Positions 36,508 through 45,022 of a stretch of DNA of 64,000 nt are shown here, piece by piece. Below the pieces are notes generated by a model. That model was given only the letters and a program-made list of their open reading frames with translations, searched no databases and was not told the DNA's origin. Position numbers and translations under genes: made by a program. The stretch is from a candidate division FCPU426 bacterium. Its GTDB lineage: Bacteria; Oederibacteriota; PGYV01; Palsa-1178. Each line of letters begins with the position of its first letter. Positions within the stretch are counted from its first letter, which is position 1. The DNA lies in contig CAWIXE010000002.1 in the NCBI GenBank assembly GCA_963840035.1, positions 1,248,001 to 1,312,000 of the forward strand. Direction: 5' to 3'.

Positions 36508-37304
36508 TTCTTAACCCACTTATAAAGGTCCGAAAAAACCTCATTCCTGTTCTTCTCTATGGAGAGCGCGTGGTATGAGTCGTGGTATAGGTGCAGTTCT
36601 TTTTTTGCCTTTATTTTATCAAACAGCATGAGGTTGTACTTTGTATCCCCCAGCATATCCTTTCCTGCCAGCAGGAAGAGTACCGGTATGTGAATCCTTC
36701 CTTCTGTCAGGGAAACCTTTAACTCCCTTAATAATATCTGAACAAGCAGCCCTGCCGACGCCAGCCTGTGTTCCCTTTTATCAGCCTTAATTTTCTTTAC
36801 GACCGCATTATCTCTGGTGAGTTCCTCTGCGGTAAACGGCATATGAATCGCCTTTGACGGATTGAACATCCCGGTAATTGCCACATTTGCCCTTTTTGCG
36901 AGGCTCATTTTCATAACATCCTTATAAACAGGGGCGATCTCTATCAGGCCCTTATATCCGCTGTCAAAATCAAGGACTGTCATGTGAGCGATAAGCGCAC
37001 CCATTGATTCTCCGGCGATGAATACCGGAACTCCCTTATTTTCAGCCTTTATTATCCCCTTTAATACGGCGATGTCCTTGCTGTATATATCCATTGAATC
37101 AACATGACCCGGCTTATCCCCGGAAATCTCCCCAAATCCGCGCAGGGCTATGGCGTATACCGCTATTTTTTTTGCTTTCAGGTATTTTGCCATAAAATCC
37201 CAGCGTTCCGAGTGCGCGCCCATTCCGTGTACGGCAAGTATGACCGCGGCCGCTTTCTTTACGGGCCATTTCCTGAAGCAGATGCCTTCCTGTTTAATAA
37301 GCAT
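36486..37304 (-). CDS. Alpha/beta hydrolase (lysophospholipase/monoacylglycerol lipase-like)
   Basis: VHGMGAH, LRGFG, GESMG nucleophile elbow, C-terminal His. Confidence 0.85.
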   Translation of the reverse strand: MLIKQEGICFRKWPVKKAAAVILAVHGMGAHSERWDFMAKYLKAKKIAVYAIALRGFGEISGDKPGHVDSMDIYSKDIAVLKGIIKAENKGVPVFIAGESMGALIAHMTVLDFDSGYKGLIEIAPVYKDVMKMSLAKRANVAITGMFNPSKAIHMPFTAEELTRDNAVVKKIKADKREHRLASAGLLVQILLRELKVSLTEGRIHIPVLFLLAGKDMLGDTKYNLMLFDKIKAKKELHLYHDSYHALSIEKNRNEVFSDLYKWVKKILDSEF

Positions 37305-37316
37305 AAGACCCTCCCA

Positions 37317-37688
37317 TTATGGCTGTTGTACCAGCCAGTCAAGAGCTTCGTCCCTTGTTGATTTGGTGACAAGATTCTTCCTTCCGGAAAACATCAGGAT
37401 TGCCTTTAGCAGCGCTTCCTTAATTCCGGTCGCGCCCACTATAGCAGAGACTTTCATGTAAGGCTTGTTATGAAGGGCCATTTCTTTTAAAGCTTTAATA
37501 ATGTCGGAATCGTAAGGGCTGCCGCTTATGTCCACGATCCCAAGCGTTGACATGTCCGGCTTCCTTGTTTCAGCAAGCACTTTTACATCCTCAACCGTTT
37601 TAAGCACAGCCTCTTTGTCGGGAGTGTTGGTAAAATCCATTAAAAGCACTTCTTTCCCTTTATGAGTGATTATCGACGCTTTTGACAT
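37317..37688 (-). CDS. Hypothetical protein (SpoIIAA/STAS-SEC14-like)
   Basis: HKGKEVLLMDF start, SAIVG, RDEALDWL end. Confidence 0.65.
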   Translation of the reverse strand: MSKASIITHKGKEVLLMDFTNTPDKEAVLKTVEDVKVLAETRKPDMSTLGIVDISGSPYDSDIIKALKEMALHNKPYMKVSAIVGATGIKEALLKAILMFSGRKNLVTKSTRDEALDWLVQQP

Positions 37689-37827
37689 ATCCGCCCCCTG
37701 TTTCCTTTATTGTATTAAAGCCATATCCGTGCAGTCCCTCTTTTTCCTTGGGTTTTTGGGGCCCGGCACATCCGGTCAATGATATGAAAACCGCAAATAT
37801 AAAGAGCGCTTTTAGTATTTTATTCAT
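37660..37827 (-). CDS. Small putative lipoprotein (55 aa), absent from the ORF track
   Basis: MNKILKALFIFAVFISLTG-CAGPQK...; lipobox LTGC; GGGGT SD; TGGTATAAT upstream. Confidence 0.6.
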   Translation of the reverse strand: MNKILKALFIFAVFISLTGCAGPQKPKEKEGLHGYGFNTIKETGGGYVKSVDNHS

Positions 37828-37981
37828 AATTACCCCGCGTTAAGAATAATACGTTACAAACATATTATACCACAATCCGGGCAAAAAAATAGGGCGGGGG
37901 TTATAATCGATATTGTAAACAATAGTGTGTAAACTCACTTTGGCCTTTAAATATGTTTGTTTTCATTAGAAACGGCTTTCA

Positions 37982-38068
37982 CCCCTCTCCTCTTAGGAGA
38001 GGGGCAGGGGTGAGGTGAAACCAATTGTCTTATTCCCCTCACCCTACCCTCTCCCAAATGGGAGAGGG
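37982..38068. repeat. CCCTCTCC...GGAGAGGG / CCCTCACCC palindromic doublet
   Basis: Two hairpins in inverted orientation with GGGTGAGG/CCTCACCC tails. Confidence 0.85.
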
Positions 38069-38142
38069 ATAAAAGAACAAATCAATTTACACACAATTAA
38101 TGACAGTATCGTTATAATCCCCGCCCTGTTAAGATTCTTATA

Positions 38143-39657
38143 TCAGGAAACAAATAGGCTGTTCGATGAAAAATTCGCATCAGCAGTTAAATTAACTCCG
38201 AGCCTTTTTAACCCCATCTCATCCCCCGGGGTCGGTATGTGCGTTATATGCATCTCGCATCCGCTTAAGTCCTTAAGTTTTTCCATGGCAAGCTGGGCCG
38301 TAGGGCTCTGCGTGGCGCTGATACTGAGTGCGATAAGCGTCTCCTCAAGGTCAAGGCTGACTGTTTTTTTGCCGAAGATGTCTTTTTTAAATTTGCCTAT
38401 GGCTTCTATTATATTCGGCGCCAGAAGGTGTATCTTATCAGGCACTTCAGCCATGTGTTTTATGGCGTTGAGAATAAGGCTTGAAGTAGCGTGCATGGTC
38501 ATGGAATTTTTTCCCGTGATTATGGTCCCGTCCTTGAGCTCCAGGGCTGCGCCGCAAAAAATCCCGTCATTTCCCTTCCCTGATTTTTCAAGGTCTGAAG
38601 CGGCTTTCCTGGACGGCAGGACAACCTTCCTGTCCTCTTCCTTTACTCCCAGTTCTTCCATTAAGAGCTCGCACCTCTGGGCTGATTCCTCATCCACCAG
38701 CCCCACCAGGTACTCGCATTTATACCTGAAATGCCTGCGTATGACTTCCTGGTTTGCCGCTTCCCTGCATGCCGCGTCATCAACAATGCCGAATCCTGCG
38801 CGGTTAACGCCCATGTCAGTGGGTGATTTATAAACGTCGCCGCCCATTATTTTTTTCAGTATCCTGCTTATTACCGGAAAGCACTCCACATCGCGGTTGT
38901 AATTGACCGATACCTGGTTATACGCTGTCATGTGGAAAGGGTCAATCAGGTTCACATCCTTTAAGTCCGCGGTCGCAGCCTCATAAGCGACATTAACCGG
39001 GTGTTTTAACGGCAGGTTCCATATGGGGAATGTCTCAAATTTGGCGTAACTCGACGAGATGCCCCTTTTATGGTCATGATAAAGCTGTGATAGACAGGTG
39101 GCAAGCTTTCCGCTGTTGGGCCCCGGTCCGGTTACAACAACGAGCGGTTTGTCCGTTTCTATGTAATCATTCGCCCCATAACCCTCGTCGCTGACAATTA
39201 AGTCCACGTCCGTGGGATATCCTTTTGTGTATTTATGCGTGTATACCTTTACCCCGCGCCTTTCCAGCTTTGTCTTGAAAAGCTGGGCAGCGGGCTGGCC
39301 TTCAAAACGCGTAATTACCACGCCTATAACGTCAAGGCCTTCTTCCTTAAGGTCATCAATGAGTTTCATCACATCCGCGTCATACGTGATGCCAAAATCC
39401 GCCCTGACTTTTTTTCTCTCAATGGCGCCGGCGTAAATGGCAATTAATATTCCGGCCTTGTCTTTTAGCTTCTGGAGCAGGCGGATTTTTACATTGGGGT
39501 CATACCCCGGCAGGACCCTCGCGGCGTGAAAGTCAAACATAAGCTTGCCGCCAAACTCAAGGTAAAGTTTGTTGTTGAATTTTTTTACGCGTTCAAGGAT
39601 ATACGAGGTCTGTTCGCTTAAATACTTGTCATTATCAAATGCCTTAATACCTTTCAT
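38143..39657 (-). CDS. DUF1846 (UPF0371) family protein
   Basis: KLYLEFGGKL, GPGPNSGKLATCLSQLYH, YAKFETFPIWNLPLKHPVN, SPTDMGVN. Confidence 0.9.
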   Translation of the reverse strand: MKGIKAFDNDKYLSEQTSYILERVKKFNNKLYLEFGGKLMFDFHAARVLPGYDPNVKIRLLQKLKDKAGILIAIYAGAIERKKVRADFGITYDADVMKLIDDLKEEGLDVIGVVITRFEGQPAAQLFKTKLERRGVKVYTHKYTKGYPTDVDLIVSDEGYGANDYIETDKPLVVVTGPGPNSGKLATCLSQLYHDHKRGISSSYAKFETFPIWNLPLKHPVNVAYEAATADLKDVNLIDPFHMTAYNQVSVNYNRDVECFPVISRILKKIMGGDVYKSPTDMGVNRAGFGIVDDAACREAANQEVIRRHFRYKCEYLVGLVDEESAQRCELLMEELGVKEEDRKVVLPSRKAASDLEKSGKGNDGIFCGAALELKDGTIITGKNSMTMHATSSLILNAIKHMAEVPDKIHLLAPNIIEAIGKFKKDIFGKKTVSLDLEETLIALSISATQSPTAQLAMEKLKDLSGCEMHITHIPTPGDEMGLKRLGVNLTADANFSSNSLFVS

Positions 39658-39735
39658 ATAACACCCCTTCTACACGGCGCAGGCACCCTTCCGACAGGGT
39701 AATGACGCCTTAAGCCGAAAATTTTTACTGAAAAA

Positions 39736-39764
39736 ATTATATCATTGCGCGATAATTAGGTCAA
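39736..39764 (-). promoter_or_regulatory. Sigma70 promoter of the DUF1846 gene
   Basis: TTGACC-17 nt-TATAAT with extended TG. Confidence 0.75.
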
Positions 39765-39768
39765 ATTA

Positions 39769-42033
39769 TTATAACGGTTTTCTGACAAGCAAAAGCGCGT
39801 ATAAAAGAGCCCCTGCCAGCGCGAGCAGCAATCCGTAATATATTTCTTTTCTTTCCATATATAATTCCACCGTATGCGCCCCCGGCTTCAGCACTACGCC
39901 CTGCACAAGGTAATTCGCCTCCATCAAGCGCTCTTTCCTTCCGTCGACTTTTGCTTTCCATGAATCATAGTACATCGAGGAATTTATTAGCACGCATTTC
40001 TTATTTACGGTAACCGCAAGTTGTATTTTGTTTGGCGAATACATGAGTACTTTTACATCCTGCTTAAGAGCCGGGCCGTTTTTATCCAGTCCCGGATCTT
40101 CCTTAAGGATTACTCTATCAGGCCAGGCCGCCCCGTCCCTGAATTTATTGACCGCGTCCGCGTCATTTTCCGCCAGAACAACCTTATCAACAGCGTAAAA
40201 ACGCGGCAGCGCCTTTTTGTCCAGAAAAATCTTCACCCCTGAGTCATATACTTTTTCAAGCCCCGGCATATCTTCCCTGGACACGTAATATTTTACGTTC
40301 AGCATCCTTTTTGTCCACGGCATTGCAAAAGCCCCGCTTGTTGAAAGCCCGGCTATCTTTTCCGGCAGGTTGCCATGGTATCCGTCCACAGTCTCTATTG
40401 AGTAAAATATATTCTGGTTCATTATCTTCTGCACCCTGTTTAAATCAACACGGAACTGGCTTTTATCGCCGCTGAAAAACGCCACCAGAGGGCTTTTTTC
40501 AGCTATTATTTCCTTAATTGGGCTGTATGGCAGATATACGCTGTTTATCCTGTAGGTATCGGCAAAATGCGCCGCAAGCAGGACTAATAGAAGTATCAAT
40601 GGGTTTTTCACCCCGTATTTTATAATTATAAATACAACCGCCGCGACAAGGAATGCCAGAAGCGAAAAGGCAGCTATATCCCCCCCTATTTCTGTGAGGC
40701 TCGAAGACAATGCCCCGGCAGGCATAGCCATGCCCCGTGTGATTACATGCAGTTTTTCCACGATTGCATTCATTGCGCCGGTAATAAATAACGCGGAAAG
40801 CGATACCGCGAGCATCAGGTAAATGGAAAGCATGGCTTTCGATATCTTCCTGACCGGGCCCGTATTTTTATCAGAAATCAGGGAATCAAACGAAAACGCG
40901 GATAGCACCGCCATGGCCATATTCAGGCCAAAAAGAAGCCTGTCATGCGACCTGAATTTATTAAAAACAGGGACGTGATATAAAAGCTGGAAGAGAGGGG
41001 TATTCCCGCCATAGGAAAGGACAAGCGCCGTAGCGCCTAAAACCGCGAAGAAGAACGCCCTTTTTTGATTTGCCCCCCGGATAAATGCGAACGGCAGCAG
41101 GAGGTACGGCAGCAATCCTATGTAAAAATTTGTCAGCGGTATGTTTGACATTCCCCAATAACCGGAATTAATGGTGCCAAAAAAACGCGGCAAAAAAAGG
41201 CGGATTGTTTCGATTGGAAAAAAAGAATATGATGTAAAGTTTTCATAAGTCATTGCCGGCCGAATCGAGTATTCCGCGATATAATGCAGCGTGGGCAGGA
41301 ACTGCACCGCCGAAAAAAGGAACGCTGCAAACCCGGCCAAAAACAGCCAAAGCGGCAGTTTTATCCATTGCGTCCCGCTCTCATCGCCTTTTATGGCCAT
41401 TTCAAATATGAGGTATGCTGCCGCGGCAATATATGTGTAAAACGCCATCTGGAACATTATTGAAAGATTCTGCAGCGCCAGGAATATACCGGCATTAATA
41501 AAGTGGATTGCCTTTTTGGAGTCCACCCCTTTTTTTATGAAGTAGAAGACATACGGAATCAGTGCCGCCGCCTGAATGGCGCTTAAAATGCCATTCATGC
41601 ACTGCGACAGCATCACCCCGCTTGACATATAGACAAAACCGGCAAAAACAGAAGCCGGTTTGCCGGCGCCGAGAGCCCCCGCAAAAAGATACATGCCGAA
41701 TCCGGCGGCAAAAACATGGAGCAATACCTGGATGGTTTCATATGCCCAGGCAGGCACCGGAAGCAGCAGAAGAAGCATTGCTGGCGGATAAAAAATCTGG
41801 GTGTTGGCCGAATCAATCAGCGGCACGCCGGTAAATATCTGCGGCAGCCACAGCGCTATATCATGATACCGGGCAAAAGTATCCCTGATAAAAACCTCAA
41901 ACGGCAGGCCAAGACGCACCGTGTCAAAACCCGCCAATGTCATACCCGGGATAAAACCCTGCCTGAAAAGAAAAAACGGGCAGAAGAGAACAAACAACCC
42001 GGCAAGTATGGCCCAGAAGCCGTATTTTTTCAA
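39769..42033 (-). CDS. YfhO-family polytopic membrane protein (GT-C-like)
   Basis: LWLPQIFTGVP...FYP, many TMs, LPRFY, WKAKVDG, ANYLVQGV...GAHTVEL. Confidence 0.85.
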   Translation of the reverse strand: MKKYGFWAILAGLFVLFCPFFLFRQGFIPGMTLAGFDTVRLGLPFEVFIRDTFARYHDIALWLPQIFTGVPLIDSANTQIFYPPAMLLLLLPVPAWAYETIQVLLHVFAAGFGMYLFAGALGAGKPASVFAGFVYMSSGVMLSQCMNGILSAIQAAALIPYVFYFIKKGVDSKKAIHFINAGIFLALQNLSIMFQMAFYTYIAAAAYLIFEMAIKGDESGTQWIKLPLWLFLAGFAAFLFSAVQFLPTLHYIAEYSIRPAMTYENFTSYSFFPIETIRLFLPRFFGTINSGYWGMSNIPLTNFYIGLLPYLLLPFAFIRGANQKRAFFFAVLGATALVLSYGGNTPLFQLLYHVPVFNKFRSHDRLLFGLNMAMAVLSAFSFDSLISDKNTGPVRKISKAMLSIYLMLAVSLSALFITGAMNAIVEKLHVITRGMAMPAGALSSSLTEIGGDIAAFSLLAFLVAAVVFIIIKYGVKNPLILLLVLLAAHFADTYRINSVYLPYSPIKEIIAEKSPLVAFFSGDKSQFRVDLNRVQKIMNQNIFYSIETVDGYHGNLPEKIAGLSTSGAFAMPWTKRMLNVKYYVSREDMPGLEKVYDSGVKIFLDKKALPRFYAVDKVVLAENDADAVNKFRDGAAWPDRVILKEDPGLDKNGPALKQDVKVLMYSPNKIQLAVTVNKKCVLINSSMYYDSWKAKVDGRKERLMEANYLVQGVVLKPGAHTVELYMERKEIYYGLLLALAGALLYALLLVRKPL

Positions 42034-43033
42034 TTATTTATCCGTTTTTATGGTTTTTAAAGCGTCTTCCCTGCCTATCAATTTATAATATACAGTAAGC
42101 TCATCCTTAAGGTCGGATTCCTGCCTGTCAAATATTTCCTGCATCTTTGTGCCTGTCCAGTTAAAGACTGATTTAACAAGGGTGCGCTGCATTTTTATAT
42201 ATGCCTTTATTGCCTGCGTCGCCTCCGAATCATTCATGGCAGCGAGCATTTCTTCCGTCCTTTTGGCCAATTTTTCATCAGTACTGTAAAGGAGCCTTAC
42301 GAAAGCAGGCAATATCTGTTTCCTAACTTCGGATTTTTTTCCCAGGTATACATACAGCTCTGAAAGCTTTTCAAAAGCGTGCGCGCCGGCTTTATCCCCG
42401 GCGTCCTTCATGTCCACAATGAGCTTGACAGTGGCTATCCTCGGGTTTATCATCGCCGCGGCGTCGTAAATGCCGGAGTATTCGTCAAGATTATCCGCGG
42501 CCTGCATGGCTTCAAATATGTCAGGCATGGCGCTTTCCGCTTTTTTTGACATATTGCCGAGCGCCTTTGCCGCGGAAAGCCTTGTCTGGCTGTTCTTATC
42601 CTTTAAAAGCTCCACAAGGGGCTTTATCTCAAATGACGAAGGGTCCATGGACGCTATAAACACATTGACTTCCCTCACAAGATTTTTCGAACCGCTTTCC
42701 CCGGCCGCCTGTATGAGCGGGGCCACTATATATCCTCCGGCCTTCAGGCTTCCAAGCACGTCAAAAGTCCTGGCCCTGACTGTGGGATCCGCTTCATCGC
42801 CGAGTGTATAAGCCAGGTATATAAGTATCTTGCGCTTTTCTTCGTCATTAAAAGTATTGAACCTTACGACCGCGTCGTATTGCTGGGCGCTGCTTCCCGT
42901 TATAAAATGTTCGGGAAAGAACCTTTCCAGTTTATTGAACTGCCAGTATTCAGTATCAACTTTCTTCTGCGGGGACGCGCAGACCTGCCGCCAGTAAAAC
43001 GGCCAGGGCCATGTACAGCCATATTTTTTTCAT
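42034..43033 (-). pseudogene. HEAT-repeat lipoprotein with a single-base frameshift at the lipobox (or a sequence error)
   Basis: GGAGG-ATG 43033 MKKIWLYMALAVLLAAG; removing one base near 42982 continues CASPQKKV... in frame with 42034..42759 (LVELLKD...RLSAAKALG). Confidence 0.75.
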
Positions 43034-43070
43034 TTTTCCTCCATGATTTTACGGCACTTTATTATGGCGC

Positions 43071-44486
43071 TCAATTTTTCAGTTCTATCCTTGAAGCCTT
43101 CAGGTTCAATGAAGGCTGGTCCTTACGGAAAGGCTTAAGGTTAATTTCCTTAGAACCTTCCATCCTTGCCGCCTCATTTTTCAGCTCCGGAAAGAGCACG
43201 CTGCCGTTGATAAAAGTTATAATGCCGGACGGTGAGGACGCGTCAATCGACTTTAACCCGGAGGGTTTAACGGCTTTACCCATGTTGATGGTTATGTTCC
43301 CTCCCGCTTCGAGCAGGATATCACCCGAGACCGTGCCCGCGGAAGGCGAAAAGACAATTTCCCCGCGCGGCGCGGAGGCCTTAAGCCCGGCGGACCCGGC
43401 TGATGCCGTGTAATTAATCCCCCCGTTTTTATTAATTATATCATAAGTATATGTATTTGCAGCCGGGACAAATGTTATTATTGAGGCGTTCAATTCGGTA
43501 AAGTAGCCTTTTGACCTGACGGTGTAATCATGGCCTGTTTCAAAACGGTTAATGGCATCCTCGTAATCAGCCCACGGAAGCCCAAATCCCGAAGCTTCAA
43601 ATTCTATCCTGCCCGCGCTGCCGGCCGCGTCTTTTATTGAGACATCTCCCGCGTCTACGCTCATTTTTATGGAATAAGCGCTCCCCGGCGAAAACCCGTC
43701 AGCCCTCACCCTGTAAAAAGGCGTCGCCATCATGAATGAAATTGCCATTGCAGTAACGACTATCCCTGCCGCGGAAAAAACCAGCGGCTTATTCCTGATT
43801 TTTATCCTTTCAAGCATGTTGTTGCCCGCGTTTAAAACACGGTAATAGAGTATCTCGGCTGTCAGGACCGTTATCCCTCCCGCCCACAGGACATCAGAGG
43901 CAAAGTGCGCGCCCTGCGCCATGCGCGCGAGCCCCAGCGCCCCCCCGAAAACAGCTGACCCGGCCAGCCAGCCGGCTGCCGCGCCTTTGTTTGTTTTTCT
44001 GTTAATAAGGTAAAGCGCGTAAAAAACAAAACCCATGGAACAGTGCCCGCACGGAAAAGAAAAACCCTTTCCGGGTGTTCCCGGCACAAGCGGCCGCTTA
44101 AAGTCCCACTTTCCGCCAAGCTCAACAACCTCGCGGGGCCTTGGCCTTCCGGCGTAATTTTTAAGAATTACATTGATTATAAGGCCGGGGCCTAAAAGCA
44201 TTGTAAGAATTATAAGCGCGGCTGCCCTGCGGCTGTCCTTGAATCTTTTATAGATAAAACCCAGGAAAAATATGACAATAGCGCCTAAAGCCAGGCATAC
44301 AGCGGGTATGGTCCCGTATTTATAGAGCATGTCAAAAAACGGGTTATCCGCAAAGGTGAATCTGTGAAGGTTTTGGTCATATAACGCCGACTCAAGCTTC
44401 ATATCGAGGTTAAAAACCCAGAAAGGGACGGTAAATAATATAAGCAGCGCGGCATGAAGCAGTATTTTACCCGTTTCTTTTTTCAT
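43071..44486 (-). CDS. PAP2-family membrane phosphatase with C-terminal soluble extension
   Basis: KNYAGRPRP, SFPCGH, RMAQGAHFASD. Confidence 0.85.
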   Translation of the reverse strand: MKKETGKILLHAALLILFTVPFWVFNLDMKLESALYDQNLHRFTFADNPFFDMLYKYGTIPAVCLALGAIVIFFLGFIYKRFKDSRRAAALIILTMLLGPGLIINVILKNYAGRPRPREVVELGGKWDFKRPLVPGTPGKGFSFPCGHCSMGFVFYALYLINRKTNKGAAAGWLAGSAVFGGALGLARMAQGAHFASDVLWAGGITVLTAEILYYRVLNAGNNMLERIKIRNKPLVFSAAGIVVTAMAISFMMATPFYRVRADGFSPGSAYSIKMSVDAGDVSIKDAAGSAGRIEFEASGFGLPWADYEDAINRFETGHDYTVRSKGYFTELNASIITFVPAANTYTYDIINKNGGINYTASAGSAGLKASAPRGEIVFSPSAGTVSGDILLEAGGNITINMGKAVKPSGLKSIDASSPSGIITFINGSVLFPELKNEAARMEGSKEINLKPFRKDQPSLNLKASRIELKN

Positions 44487-44521
44487 GAATGTCCTTTATC
44501 CGTTTCTATAATTTGCGTGAA

Positions 44522-44584
44522 TTGGTAGCCGCAGCCTTTAGGCTGCGATACCAGGTTGCGCAACCTGAAGGTTGCGGCTACCAA
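44522..44584. repeat. GTAG-type REP doublet
   Basis: GGTAGCCGCAGCCTTTAGGCTGCG...CGCAACCTGAAGGTTGCGGCTACC. Confidence 0.9.
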
Positions 44585-44608
44585 CATCTCAGTTCAGTAA
44601 TAAATACA

Positions 44609-45022
44609 TTACACAAACATCAGGTCTATAGGTTTCTTAAGTTTATGATGTACTGACTCGACTTCAAAATTTTCTGTAATCTTTATCTCCGCCGACTCCG
44701 ATACCACCCTGACCCCGTGCCAGATGTTCTTTGCCACGCACACGGGCTTATCAAGGAGGAACGCCTCGATCTTATCAGGCGCCTTCTGCGGCGCCACAAG
44801 AAGTATGGTCGTGCCGGAAACAGGCTCAAAAGTCTCCATGGATTCCGGGTGGCACTCAATGCTCTCAAGCGGCGCCGGGTGGAATATCAGGTAGCCTATC
44901 CTCCAGCCCGCGGCTGTCTTATCCCCGGTTAAAACCGAGAAGACTTTTTTCTTATCCTTCTGGCCTATTACCATGCCGTAAGGTTTGAACGCCTTGTCAC
45001 TCAGGTTTTTTACTTTTATCAT
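44609..45022 (-). CDS. Ureidoglycolate lyase-like cupin
   Basis: LSDKAFKPYG, ECHPESMETF, IWH. Confidence 0.7.
   Translation of the reverse strand: MIKVKNLSDKAFKPYGMVIGQKDKKKVFSVLTGDKTAAGWRIGYLIFHPAPLESIECHPESMETFEPVSGTTILLVAPQKAPDKIEAFLLDKPVCVAKNIWHGVRVVSESAEIKITENFEVESVHHKLKKPIDLMFV

Noticed and set aside
43024..43030. Phase variation at the A7 run of the HEAT gene
   Set aside because: Slippage there would give MKKYGCTWPWPFYW, which destroys the signal peptide; the lipobox indel fits better
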